A stretch of 64,000 nt of DNA from Azolla caroliniana (taxonomy: Eukaryota; Plantae; Polypodiophyta), in contig JBHGNT010000018.1 of NCBI GenBank assembly GCA_043228905.1, positions 15,624,001 through 15,688,000 on the forward strand, written 5' to 3'. The position numbers and the translations under genes are program-made. Below are positions 25,284 through 37,700 of this stretch, piece after piece (the first letter of the stretch is position 1; every line of letters starts with the position of its first letter). The notes beneath the pieces were generated by a model. The model worked only from the letters and a program-made list of their open reading frames with translations. It was not told the origin of the DNA and searched no databases.

Positions 25284-28158
25284 GTCCAGCCAAAATAGGA
25301 GCCATTTGGTTGGACAGCAGCCCTAGATCTGTACAGCCCATTAGTGGTTCCATTCCTTCCAAGCAAGTTAGCAATGTGTTCCTAGCCCAAGTCATTGTTA
25401 GTACTAAAAGTACTCCCCCAGTACCCGTCCTAGCACTTTTAGATTCCGGAGCTAATTCCTATTTCATGGATCGAAATTTTGCCCAAGCTTCTCAGATATC
25501 CTTAAGAAAACTTCCTTGTCCCGCATCTGTAGTGGTCATTGATGGTCGTCCCATTGCTTCCGGGAATATTGTAGAAGAATCAGAACCCATTCAAGTTGTC
25601 CTAGGTAGTTTTGTGTGTATAATATCATTTAATATAATTAGTAGTCCAGAGCATCCCATTGTCCTAGGATTACCTTGGCTTGAATTACATAATCCAGCCA
25701 TAGATTGGAGAACAAGAGAAGTCCGATATCGACCACCCCAAGAATCAACTCACCGAGTTTCGACCATTTCACTCCATCAACTACGCGAAGAAGGACCCAA
25801 GGAGGCAATGTTCCTATTTTCCATATCAGTACATCCTTCTAGCACTATTAAGAAGGACTCCTCAATACAACTTCCGGCAAAATATCATCCTTATGCCGAT
25901 GTATTTGACAAGGTAAAAGCCGGTACCCTTCCTCATCACCGTCCCTATGACTGTCCCATCGATTTACAACCAGGAACCGAGCCACCATGGGGACCAATTT
26001 ACAACTTGTCACCCACCGAGTTAGAAGTCCTTCGAGCCTACATAGAGGAGAACTTGGCAAGCGGGTTCATCCGTCATTCGAAATCTCCGGCCGGTGCACC
26101 CATCTTCTTTGTCAAGAAGAAAGATGGCTCACTTCGTCTTGTCGTTGATTACCGCGGATTGAATAAAGTCACCATCCGGAATAGGTATGCACTTCCTCTT
26201 ATATCAAGTCTTTTAGAGCGAGTTAATGGTGCCAAGTTTTTTACTAAAATCGACCTACGAGGAGCGTATAATCTCGTGCGGATCCGACCGGGAGATGAGT
26301 GGAAGACCGCTTTTCGCACGCGGTATGGGCATTTCGAGTATACTGTTATGCCGTTTGGCCTAACCAATGCACCCGCAGTCTTCCAACACATGGCAAATGA
26401 TATATTCAGAGACCTCTTGGATATCTGTTTGATCTCTTGATTTATTCGAAGACCCAGGAAGAGCACGATTCTCATGTACTATTAGTACTAAAGCGACTCC
26501 GCGAGAATGGTCTTTATGCCAAGCTAGAGAAATGTAGCTTTGACTGCAAGCAAGTGGAATTTCTAGGCTACGTCATCTCCTCAAAGGGCATCGCCATGGA
26601 TCCAGCTAAAATCCAAACTGTACTAGAGTGGCAAATTCCACGGTCGGTACGAGATGTACAATGTTTTCTAGGCTTTGCTAACTTCTACCGTAAGTTTATA
26701 CAGGATTACTCGAAGATTATTTTACCTCTCACACAACTTACGAAGAAGGGCCAAGCATTTCTTTGGTCCATCGAAGCAGATATGGCTTTTCGGCATCTTA
26801 AGAAAGCCTTTACATCAGCACCGATTCTAGCTCATGTGGATACAAGCAAACCATTCATCATGGAGGCCGACGCATCAGATTTCGCCCTCGGTAGCATCCT
26901 TTCTCAACAAGGCGATAAAGAAGAGTTGCATCCGGTGGCTTTCCATTCGCGCAAATTCAATGTCGCAGAAATCAACTATGAAATACATGACAAGGAGTTA
27001 TTAGCCATCGTGGATTCATTTGTACAATGGCGGCATTTCTTAGAGGGCTCTCCACATCAGGTCATTGTCTTTAGCGATCATAAAAATCTTGCTTATTTTC
27101 AGAACGCTCGCGTACTAAATCGACGGCAAGCTCGGTGGGCGCAATTCCTCACGCGTTTCAACTTCGAAATCACATATCGACCGGGGAAGCAGCAAGGAAA
27201 AGCAGATGCACTATCACGGCGTTCATATCTTGCACCTCGTCCTGGTGACGCAACATTTGATAATCAAAAGCAAGTAATCTTGGGACCAACACGATTGCAC
27301 ACGACGCGGATTTTTCACACCCCGATGGATTCACGGATTACCGATGACATACGTGCAACCTTGAAGACAGATAGTTTTGCTCAAGACATCCTGGCGCACA
27401 TTGATACTTCTCGGGCATCCTGTTCTCAGTCTCAACAACCAGGTATTGACTACCGACAATTCGAATATCATGATGGTTTGTTATTCTTTAAAAAGCGCGT
27501 ATATGTCCCCGATTGCTCCTGTCGCCTTCAAATCGTCCAACATTGTCACGACACCCATACGGCGGGACATTTCGGTAGTACCAAGACGTTGGAGTTAGTG
27601 CAGCGATCTTTTTGGTGGCCCCACATGCGCCGTTTTGTCGACGACTACGTTCGGACCTGTGATGCTTGCTGCCGAGCAAAGATGCCACGACACCATCCAT
27701 ATGGCTTGTTGGAACCTTTACCAATTCCAAGTAAGCCATGGCAGTCTATTTGTCTTGATTTTATTACAGATCTGCCGGTCTCGAAGGGGTTCGATGCTAT
27801 CCTAACCGTCGTCGATCGATATACGAAGATGGCACATTTTGTGCCATGTACTAAAGCCATCACTAGCGAGGAAACCGCCGCTCTTGTTATGCGTGAGGTA
27901 TTTCGGCATCATGGCCTACCAGACAGTATTGTCAGTGACCGAGGCCCGCAATTTGTCTCCAAATTTTGGCAGCATCTCTTCAGGATGCTCAAACTTTATT
28001 ACTTGGTCGATTGGCTCGGTTATAGTCCGAGCGAACGTACTTGGGAACCCGTCGAGAATGTTGCCAATGCACAAGATCTTCTTGCTGATTTCCACCGAAA
28101 GTATCCGGACAAACCCGGTCCGCAGTTAGCGCCGACTCGTTCCACTCGTCGTCTTTAA
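25268..28158 (+). pseudogene. Pol of element C (protease, RT lacking YxDD, RNase H, truncated integrase fused to chromodomain)
   Basis: LLDSGAN and [13 protein letters not shown]. Frameshift at ~26435 where YLDD is missing. DASDFALG, H-H-C-C integrase zinc finger, SDRGPQF, then directly YYLVDWLGYSPSERTWEP. Confidence 0.9.
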
Positions 28159-31100
28159 GGGGGAGATAGTGTCATGGCAAGACTCGAACCCATGACTTTA
28201 TGCTACATGGGTCGAGCTCTTACCATTAGATTAGGAATTGTATTTTGTAGAATATTATTTTCATTTATGCTTTATCATAGAAAATTGTTGTATATTCCAG
28301 ATCTCTCTGGAACATTCTAGAAGCTTCAAGATTATTCCTAAAAACACTATAAAAGGAGGCACAAGGCATTGTTTTGAACCAAATTGGTTCAACACCAGTC
28401 TTAAGCCTCTTAGCCGATTTGTACTTATCTTTCATATAATATAAGAGCTGCTGTCATCATCCTATTTCTCTCTCTCTCCTCTTCTCACTTCCTCTCTCTC
28501 GGGAATCTTACGCAGTCCTGTCTTCTTAGTACTAATAGTACTACTCTTCTTAGTACTAATTCCATCTCTGCTTTAGTACTATTCCTGACACTATGCCAAG
28601 AGAGAAAAATGTGAGTTTGATTGCAATTCCATAGAATTTCTTGGTTATGTTATCTCCCCCTAGGGCATCACCATGGATTCAAGGAAAATCAAGACAATTC
28701 AAGAATGGGCCTCTCCAAAACAAGTAAAGGATGTACAACCGTTCCTTGGTTTCACAAATTTCTATTGGCAATTATCAAGGGGTTCTCCGTCATAGTCTAG
28801 CCCTTGATTGAGCTTACTCGTAAAGGGATGTCGTTTCAATGGATTCCATCTAGTCAACACGCCTTCGACCTACTCAAGGGAGTTTTTTCCTAGGGTCCAG
28901 TCCTCCTTCATTTAGACCATACTAAGCCTTTTCAAGTTGAAACAGATGCCTTTGACTTTGCCATTGGTGCCATCTTATCCGAACCTGATGATGACATCCT
29001 ACATCCGGTGGCGTACTACTCCCGAAAATTTACAGCTCCATAAATAAACTATCCCATCTATGACAAGGAGCTCGCGACTATAGTGGCAGCTTTCATGGAG
29101 TGGAGACCTTACTTGGCTGGGGCGCAACATCAGGTTCAGATATTAACAGATCATAAAAATTTATTGTATTTCTTAACAACCCGTACTTTGAATCAGTGGT
29201 AGGCCCATTGGTCAACTTTGTTAGCCGACTATGACTTTGAAATTGTCTTTCGGCCGGGGGCATAAAACATGAAGCCTGATGCTCTTTCACGACGGTCGGA
29301 TTTTGAGTTGAGCCCAAGGGATGATGCCTATGCTCAACAATCTCAATATTTGCTTAAACCAAATCAATTCCAGCTCTTTGCCACATGCATGCTCCATGAC
29401 GACTCTCTGATTGAGGAGATAGCCAAAGCATTTCCCACTGACAAATTCGCCAACACAATTCAGGAAGGTCTTATTGATCCGTCAAAATCCAAGACCAAGG
29501 AAGACCTTGATCACTTCATATTTGAGGGGGGATTGCTTTACCGAGAACAACTCTTATATGTTCCGGAGGGCCGATGTCAAACTCAAGTTCTCCAAAAGTG
29601 TCATGATGACCTCTTGGCTGGTCATTTTGCCGTTACAAAGACACTCGAATTAATCTCATAAGGATATTGGTGGGCTCAACCATGGAAGTTCGTCAAGGAA
29701 TTCATCAAGACATGTGATACTTGTGCTAGATCCAAAGTCGTCCACCATAGGCCATATGGGTTGCTCCAACCACTTCCCATTCCCAACTGGCCTTGGGCAT
29801 CAATTTCCATGGATTTCATCACTGACTTGTCTCTTGTCCACGGATATGACACAGTGCTCGCCATGGTAGATTGTTTTACAAAGATGGCTCATTTTGCCCC
29901 TTGTGCAAAGACTATTTCAGTAGAAGCAACAACCGATCTATTTTTAAAGAATGTGGTGTGGCTTCACGGGGTTTCGGATGATGTCACCTCAGATCTCGGA
30001 CCCCAATTTGTCTCTCATTTTTGGCGGCGTGACTCCTTCAAACATTGGGCATAACAGTGAATTTGTCTTTGTCCTATCATCCTCCAACTGATGGCCAAAC
30101 GGAGCGGGTGAACCAAATTCTTGAGCAATACCTTCGATGCTTGCTTAGCTACCAGCAAGATGATTGGGTTGACCTCCTACCCTTGGCAGAGTTCACATAT
30201 AATAATACGCTACATGGTTCAACTGGGATCACCCTATTTTTCGCCAACTATGGTTTCCATCCTCGCTTCAGTATTTCCATCCTTGGCAACTCTGTCAACC
30301 CATCAACGGAAGGACGTGCTCGTATTTTAGCCGACATTCATCAAGACCTCTCCCTCGAACTCATCCTTGCAAGGGATTGGTATAAAGCGCAAGCTGATCG
30401 AAATCGTTCCGCTACACCCGCCTTTGCAGTTGGTGATCAAGTTTGGCTCTTACGTTGCCATGTTGATACTACTGACCTTGCAAAAAGTTGGATTACAAGA
30501 AGTTGGGGCCTTTCCGCATCATTGAGTGTGTCAATCCCGTCACTATTCCTGGAAGACACTCTCCACCTCCACCTCCAATTGAGCTTTCCACAAGTGAGGA
30601 GTATGAGGTGGACAAGATTCTGGACTCTCATTGGCATCGATGACAACTTCCATACTTAGTCCTATGGAAAGGGTATCCCATTTTAGAGGCAACTTGGGAA
30701 CCAACCGAACACTTGGAGAATGCACCGGATGTTGTTCATGCATTTCATCACCAATATCCACAAAAACCGGGGAGGCATCTTCGGAGGCGGCCTTAGCAAG
30801 GGGATAATGTGATGGACATGACAATAGTCATGTCATGATTTGAACTCTTGACCTACTGTATTTAATCGATATGTTTTAACCAATACATCGAATACATAAT
30901 CATGTTACCTTACTAGATTATCGTAGATGATCTATTCTACATGTAGGATTTTAGAAGCTTCAATAGATTGTGGTATTCTCTAGGAATCAACCACACAAAT
31001 TCGACTCGAAGGGTACACATATGCTGACTGGGCCGACTATAGAGCCGATCAACGATCGAACTCCGGATTTGTCTTCTCGCTTGGCAGCGGAGCAATATCT

Positions 31101-33638
31101 TGGAGTAGTAAGAAGTAGCCTATCGTCACACTTTCTAGCAAGGAGGCCGAATATAAGGGCGCAACCGTGGCTGCATGTGAAGCCAAATGGCTCAAGAGGA
31201 TTTTGAAGGATCTGGGCATTCCCATCAAGGATCTGACTCCCCTTTACTGTGACAACATGCGCAATATTTATCTGGCTCGGAACCCAGTGTTCCACGCACA
31301 CACAAAGCATATCGAAGTGCACTATCACTTCATTCAAGAGCGCGTTCAGGCTGGAGAAGTCGACCTTCAACACATCAACACGAATCTTCAGACATCTAAC
31401 ATCTTCACCAACGCCCTAGGAGCCGACAAGCCTCGGCAATTCATGTCAAACCTTGGATTGACGATCCCTGACTTTCCAAGCTTGAGGGGGAGTACAAGAG
31501 AGAACCAGATACTATTCGAATTGGGTACGAGCCGAAGCGGACACCGGAGATCCTCCGAACCGGATACCAGTCGAAGAGGACATCAACCGAAAGGAACCGA
31601 CTTGAGTTGAGCTTGAGGGGGTGTGTTGAGAATCAAGCTCAACCTAGTGCAACGTGTGAACATACCCTTTGAGAATCTATGATCACTCAAAGGTGAAGAG
31701 TCACACTACTATTCTCTACACATTAACTATGTGTCATAGAATCATATTCTATGACACATAACTAATGAGTTGCATATTTCCCATGACTATGAGTCTTCAC
31801 ATTCCCCAAGAGAGAGTAGATGTTGTAGTGCGTTAATAAAGAGAGAGGGTGACCTTATATAAAGCACCCTTCTTCTACTTCATAGAGTGTTAGTTGTGAC
31901 TCCTTGTAATGCTACATTTTTGTATATCATATTCTCCTTGTGAATATACACATTCTTTTTGAGTATTCTATTTTCCATTCTATCTAATCTATCTTGTGTT
32001 TTCTCTTCTTTTATCTCTTTTCTCTCACACATACACATAACACATATCTCTTCCGCTGCACAAGAATCATATCCGATTCTTTACACAAATAAACCATTGA
32101 ACATTTGATTAAAAATAAAAAAATAAAAAATGAAAAGAAAACATTTCTCCTCTTGCTTGGTGTTCTTAGCCTAGGGAGCTTAAGACAATCTTGATCCATT
32201 TCTTACAAGCGTTCGTTGAGTCCTCAACAGTAGTGCCAAGTGCCAAGTGCCAAGCACCGTTGCAACTAATTAATGGTTTTCTTCCGGTTTAAATCATTGT
32301 CAAGTTTGGGAAAACATACACCCACACCCTCTTGTTGGAGAAGGATGGGTGTCCATAAACCTTCAAGCGTATTTACTAATCACCTTACGTTTGTTGGAGA
32401 TCTTTTTTATTTATAGCGCTTAACCTTTTCATTTTTTTTCTTGGAAAATATCCTTCCATTGGTTATAAATAGTTATTACAAGAATGTTGACCTACTGTCA
32501 AGCTACCCTTGGTATGTTGCACTCTTCCTTGGGTCTCCATCCCTAAAGGATAACTAGTATCAACACTCCACCACTCTATAACCTAGTGTTAATAATTCAG
32601 TAATTAACTAGGGTTATGTGTGTAGTTAAGTAGCGGAAGGTTATGTGATATGTGTGTGTATGAGAAAGAGAGAGAGAGGAAGTTACACTTATGAACAATA
32701 ACACAAATGGAGGATAAAGACCTTTCCTCTACATTAATAAGTATAATCAAATACAAAAATACCCACAATGATGTACATATAGATCTTATGTGTAAGGGTG
32801 CACATTTGTGAGGAGAGTATAGTGTGAAAGTGTTTTTAGAATTCAAGCTATTGAAAATTAGAAGAATATAAGGTATGGAGCATTCACATTTGGAGGCTAA
32901 GAACATGAACCAAGACCTTAAGAAGACGTCAAAAGTAAAAGTAAGAGACATAGAGAAAAGTAAAAAGAGAAAAAGTGGGACACAAAAAATAGTAAAAAAG
33001 GAATGGTCATAACTCTTTCGTTTGTAACCCAAATACCATGTTGAAATATGGGTTAGAAAGCACGTAAAGAGAGCTATCTATAACGTTTTAAATCTCTAAA
33101 TTTGGAGCTTGGATGAGGGAGACATGACGATTAGAAGGTCATTGTGTCTTAACTAAAAATAGAAGATAAAAAGCTTCTAAAAATAGCGTGAACGAGGACG
33201 AAGAGGAAAATTATAAAAGAAGAAGTGATATCTTTAAAGAAAGAGTTTGAGTGGAGAAACGGTCTTAGTAGTGGGAAGAAGGAAGCATAGTTGAAGGAAG
33301 AAAGAGCTTAAGGTAGAATAGTGAAAGACATTTGTAGGTTTAGGTGATTGGAAGTTAAGAAGTTGTTTGGTTTTTAGTTGAATTTAGAGTCTATCCCCTT
33401 TGTATGGTCTTGATAGTTGAATATTATAACATTCTTATCTCTTTCTCATCTTCTCTATCTTTTTGTATGGTCTTGATAGTCTCCCTCTCAAATTCATAGT
33501 TCCCTTGGTCTTTATAATCTATTTTAATTCACAACTCTCTCTAATCGGCTTGGTCAAGCCCTCATATTGTGTATGACTATCCTTTGTCTTATATACTCTA
33601 TCATTTTTGGCGCTCTCGGGAGGGTGAATCCTTTCCGT

Positions 33639-34739
33639 TGTCGTGAAGATCCGTCACTACGCGCGGATCGTGAGGCGGAACCGCCGGGGTTCTGGACCGG
33701 AAGGATTCAAAGTCGGTACAAGCTTTGGCGTAAGCTTTAGTGAGAAAGTACTTAAGATAGATTGGGAAAGAGAGAAGTTGAGATCACATGATTGAGAGAG
33801 ATTGATTGAAGTTTTAACTTTAGATTTAAGAAACAAGTTACACGATCAATTTGATAACGAATTTCTTCCTCTTAATTTTCATAAAAAAAACCGTGTTTTT
33901 TCTCCTCCCCCTTCCCTCTTTTATAGATGCTCTCATGCATATGATGCATGTGAGGGTACAAGACATGCATAATTGCATGTTTGCCATTTGGCGCTTAAGT
34001 ATTACATGTGGTGCATGATAACCATGTCACTCATTTTAGCTCTCATGTATGAGAATTTACATATAAAAGTACAATGATAGAAATATAGTTTCAACTAAAT
34101 AGCATGGCTTAATGGTAAGCCAATTGACTCCTAACTTGGAGGTGCAAGGTTCGAATCCTTACTTGCCCTCCTTGTATATGCAAATATGTATATATATTTA
34201 TATATTTATTTATCTAGTCGCCGGTTTGCCGGATGCCGTCGGTTACCGGTGCCTCACCAGATGCCGTCGCCGCTGGATGCTGTCGGTTCACCGGCTCCAT
34301 CGCCGGATGCTGTTGCCGAATTGCCGCCAGATCACCGGCTCCATCGCAGGTCCGGTTTTGGTTGGCCAAAACCCTTTACGAGTAGCTAGCCCACCTCCAC
34401 TCTTAGTTCAAGTTACCTTGAACTCTCTATGCTCCACACATAGACACAAAGATAATATCTTTTGCTCTACCTTATATATGATGAGAGCTGTATTTGTCGT
34501 GCTTATGTGGGATATCTCATAATTTTCTCTTTTCCTTTCACAAACTTTATACCCTCATATCTTGACATTTAGTTGTCCGTTTCTCGTGTAATAAAGTGCA
34601 TTCGAAACCTCCATCATTTTGTACTTAGATATTAAATCTATTTAAAATGTTATCTTCACAATTATTGTACTATGTGATTCATACTCGATTTCGTACGTTT
34701 TATGGGATTTTCACACTATTGCCGAAAATCTTCACGACA
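33639..34739 (-). mobile_element. Solo LTR related to element D, inserted just after the PBS of the inverted-LTR element
   Basis: 12-bp perfect inverted termini TGTCGTGAAGAT..ATCTTCACGACA and flanking CCGT duplication. Shares GAAGATTTTCGGCAA, the CATG-rich block and GAATCCTTCCGGTC..CCCCGGCGG with LTR 39327-40002. Confidence 0.85.
34098..34170 (+). promoter_or_regulatory. tRNA-derived sequence (Pol III A/B boxes) embedded antisense in the solo LTR; not a functional tRNA
   Basis: A box TGGCTTAATGG 34105-34115, D-stem GGCTT/AAGCC, anticodon-loop-like CTCCTAA 34128-34134, B box GGTTCGAATCC 34148-34158. Acceptor and anticodon stems do not pair well. Confidence 0.7.
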
Positions 34740-37700
34740 CCGTATAGGAGGGAGGTCCTATTCTTTCTTGGTGTTAGTGTATTACATTAACCTAGCAATG
34801 CAGTTCGCGTTTTCGGGTGAAAGAACACAAGATGTTGGTGTGTTTTTGGCATCCTTTGAGCATCATGCCATCTCTATTGAACGCATAATCGACAATGAAA
34901 AGTTGTCGTTGTTGGTAGCTACATTCTATGGTCGAGCTCGAGATTGGTATGACTCTCTTCCAACAAACGAACAAGGAGAATATCAATTGTTGGTACACCA
35001 GTTTCTTTCCAGATACATTCCACGACGAAGTGCAACAGAAGTAAGGTAGGAGCTTTTTCAGCTAAAGATGGAATCACCTTTTGGTTTCATACAATATGAA
35101 AGAAATTTCAAGGATTTGTGGATGATGTGGATTCGTCTTCGTGGTGGCATTGAAGATGAGTGGTTTAAGATGGAACAATTCAAGATGGGCCTTGACATGC
35201 ATTTCTGTTTGGAGGCAAGCTTGAAGGATCCAACAACTTTTCAAGCTCTTCTCTAAGTTTGTCAATGTTATGATTGGCAAGTGAAGATGCTGAGTTCCAT
35301 GGGGTTTCCCCAAATGACGGCTTTGGATGCAAATTTGATGCCTCACACCAATCTTCAAACCTCATCTTTAATTGTGCATGGTGGACAAATGTTTCCAAAT
35401 GTGTATACAGCCACAATATTAAATCCGAAAAGTGTATCTCAAGAAGTGGAGCAAGGAAAAAGTGAAGAAGTTACTATGGCCTTGGTGAATCAGCGCTTTG
35501 ACGAAGTGATGGCTCATTTGCGACAATCCCAAGCAATTCACAACTCTATTCCCAAGGGTGGTGGCTCTAGAGGGCATCAATGAGTAATTTGTTATTATTG
35601 TCAAGAGGAGGTACACATCTCAACAAGATGTCCTCATCGACTACAAAGAAGTATGGGAAGAGGCATGTATCAAGTGCAAAGGAATGGGCAACGACCTATC
35701 AACAATGGAGTAGAAGAAGGCGATGCCATAACACTTTCTATGGCTTAGGTTCCTACAATTCCTCATAATGTGAATCTTCTTAATTTAATTGATGATAGTG
35801 ATAATGTTTCCGAAGTAGCCCATGTGAAAAGGACAAGAGCCTCTCAAAAGGAGAAAGATGTAGAAGGAGGATCTAGTGCATCAAGACACATGAAGAAGTC
35901 GAAGGAGAATGAGGAAGAGGAAAAATTGAGAAGGAGACACTCCAAAAGGAAGATAAAGATGGAGGATATTCCTATGGGAGAAGGTGCAGAATCTTTCAAT
36001 CTGAAGCATGAATTGATATCAAGTGGACCAAGGATAACATGGCCACAACTTCTCCAATTATCTCCCACATTACGAAAGGAGTGGGGAAAACTTGCAAGTA
36101 TAAGCCAAAGTCGGGAGACCGTGCATTACGTAGGGATCGTGCGAGTAGAAGATCGAAAGGAGATACGGCCAACCATACCCATCTCCATGAAGGGGTTTCA
36201 CATCAAAGATGTCTTGGTTGATAGTGGTGCTAGGGTAAGCTTGATTTCTGAATTTGTGGTAAACAAAGTGGGAATTCCTATTAGTAGGTCATCTTCAACA
36301 AAGGTGGTTGTAGCAGATGGTGGAGTGGCACATTGTATTAGCATAGTGGAAGATGTGGTTATCGAGTGTTTCAGAATAAGAGGAGAAGATGGCATCAAAC
36401 ACTACATCAAGCTGAAGGAGAGTGTACCAATTTCCCCAAATCTTCGGCAATTGAGTGTTGAACAAAAGGAAGAATTTATGCAAGAGTTCAACACATGGTT
36501 ACAAGAAAGTTCCAATTATAAGATGGAAGATTTGAAGTGTGTGTCATCTATGGTTTTGGTTCCAAAGAAGAATACGATCGATTTCAAACCCTTGAATGAT
36601 TCAACCAAACAAGACCAATTTTCACTTCCCTTCCGAGATCATATTGTAAATGAAATGGTCATTTATACAAAACAAGGTAGTGTGGACAATGTGCTGTGCC
36701 AAGAAGGAATTCATGTGGATGCTTCAAAGATCAACGTAATTCAAAAGATGACAATTCTAACATGTCTCGAAGCTTTGAAGGTATTTGTGCAAAAGGTTCG
36801 CTCGCTCGAAAGATTCATTCATATGTTGACATGCTTACTTCTATCAAGAGTTATATATCCCATGGCCCTACTTGTGTTTGGAGAGTTGACGAAGATATAA
36901 TAATTGTGGTAACCTCTTTCTATGTGTTGACAAGGAGAAAGATGGTGGTGAGAATTGTCAATGTGTATGTGTGTCTAGAAGTGTGAGATTTTTTCCTACA
37001 ACGTAATGGGGGTTTTTTCTCACACAATAATTTGTTATATTTTTAGTATTTGTACTCCTTCATTGTCTATAGACTACCATAAGGCGAAGGAGATTCTTTT
37101 TCTTTTTTCTATTCGGCTCACCATAAATGGTTCACTCAACAAGTAAGGGGGAGGGCTAAAGTACATAATATAAGGGCTTGACCAAGCCGATTAGAGAGAG
37201 TTGTGAATTAAAATAGATTATAACGACCAAGGGAACTACGAATTAGAGAGGGAGACTATCAAGACCATACAAAAAGATAGAGAAGATGAGAAAGAGATAA
37301 GAATGTTATAATATTCAACTATCAAGACCATACAAAGGGGATAAACTCTAAATTCAACTAAAAACCAAACAACTTCTTGACTTCCAATCACCTAAACCTA
37401 CAAATGTCTTTCACTATTCTACCTTAAGCTCTTTCTTCCTTCAACTATGCTTCCTTCTTCCCACTACGAAGACATTTTCTCCACTCAAACTCTTTCTTTG
37501 AAGATATCACTTCTTCTTTTATAATCTTCCTCTTCTTCCTCATTCACGCTATTTTTAGAAGCTTTTTATCTCCTATTTTTAGTTAAGACACAATGACCTT
37601 CTAATCGCCATGTCTCCCTCATTCAAGCTCCAAATTTAGAGATTTAAAACGCTATAGATAACTCTCTTTACATGCTTTCTAACCCATATTCCAACATGGT

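Larger units (their letters stand above)
23637..28590 (+). mobile_element. Young Ty3/gypsy chromovirus C (Tcn1-like), non-autonomous deletion derivative inserted in the RT of B
   Basis: 421-bp LTRs 23637-24057 and 28170-28590 that look identical by eye. TSD CTATG at 23632-23636 and 28591-28595. PPT AAGGGGGAGATAG. Order gag-PR-RT-RH-INT-chromo. Confidence 0.96.
20854..30961 (+). mobile_element. Ty3/gypsy chromovirus B (Tcn1-like), decayed, 3' LTR truncated
   Basis: 5' LTR 20854-21268 (TGTCA..TGACA). gag ~21301-22330, protease LLDSGAT, RT YLDD ~23540, RNase H and integrase after 28596, chromodomain remnant ~30600-30770. PPT AAGGGGATAA, then partial 3' LTR 30808-30961. Confidence 0.9.
20228..32085 (+). 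mobile_element. Ty1/copia LTR element A, internally deleted (only the RT end/RNase H remains at ~30962-31500), host of gypsy B and C
   Basis: LTRs 20228-20675 and 31624-32085 (TG..CA). TSD CAAAT at 20223-20227 and 32086-32090. tRNA-iMet PBS TGGTATCAGAGC at 20676. PPT GAGGGGGTG before 31624. RNase H motifs LYCDN..ARNPVFHAHTKHIEVHYHFI. Confidence 0.93.

Noticed and set aside
34098-34170. Functional tRNA-Arg(CCT) gene
   Set aside because: Acceptor and anticodon stems do not pair and it lies inside an LTR; kept as a tRNA-derived promoter cassette.
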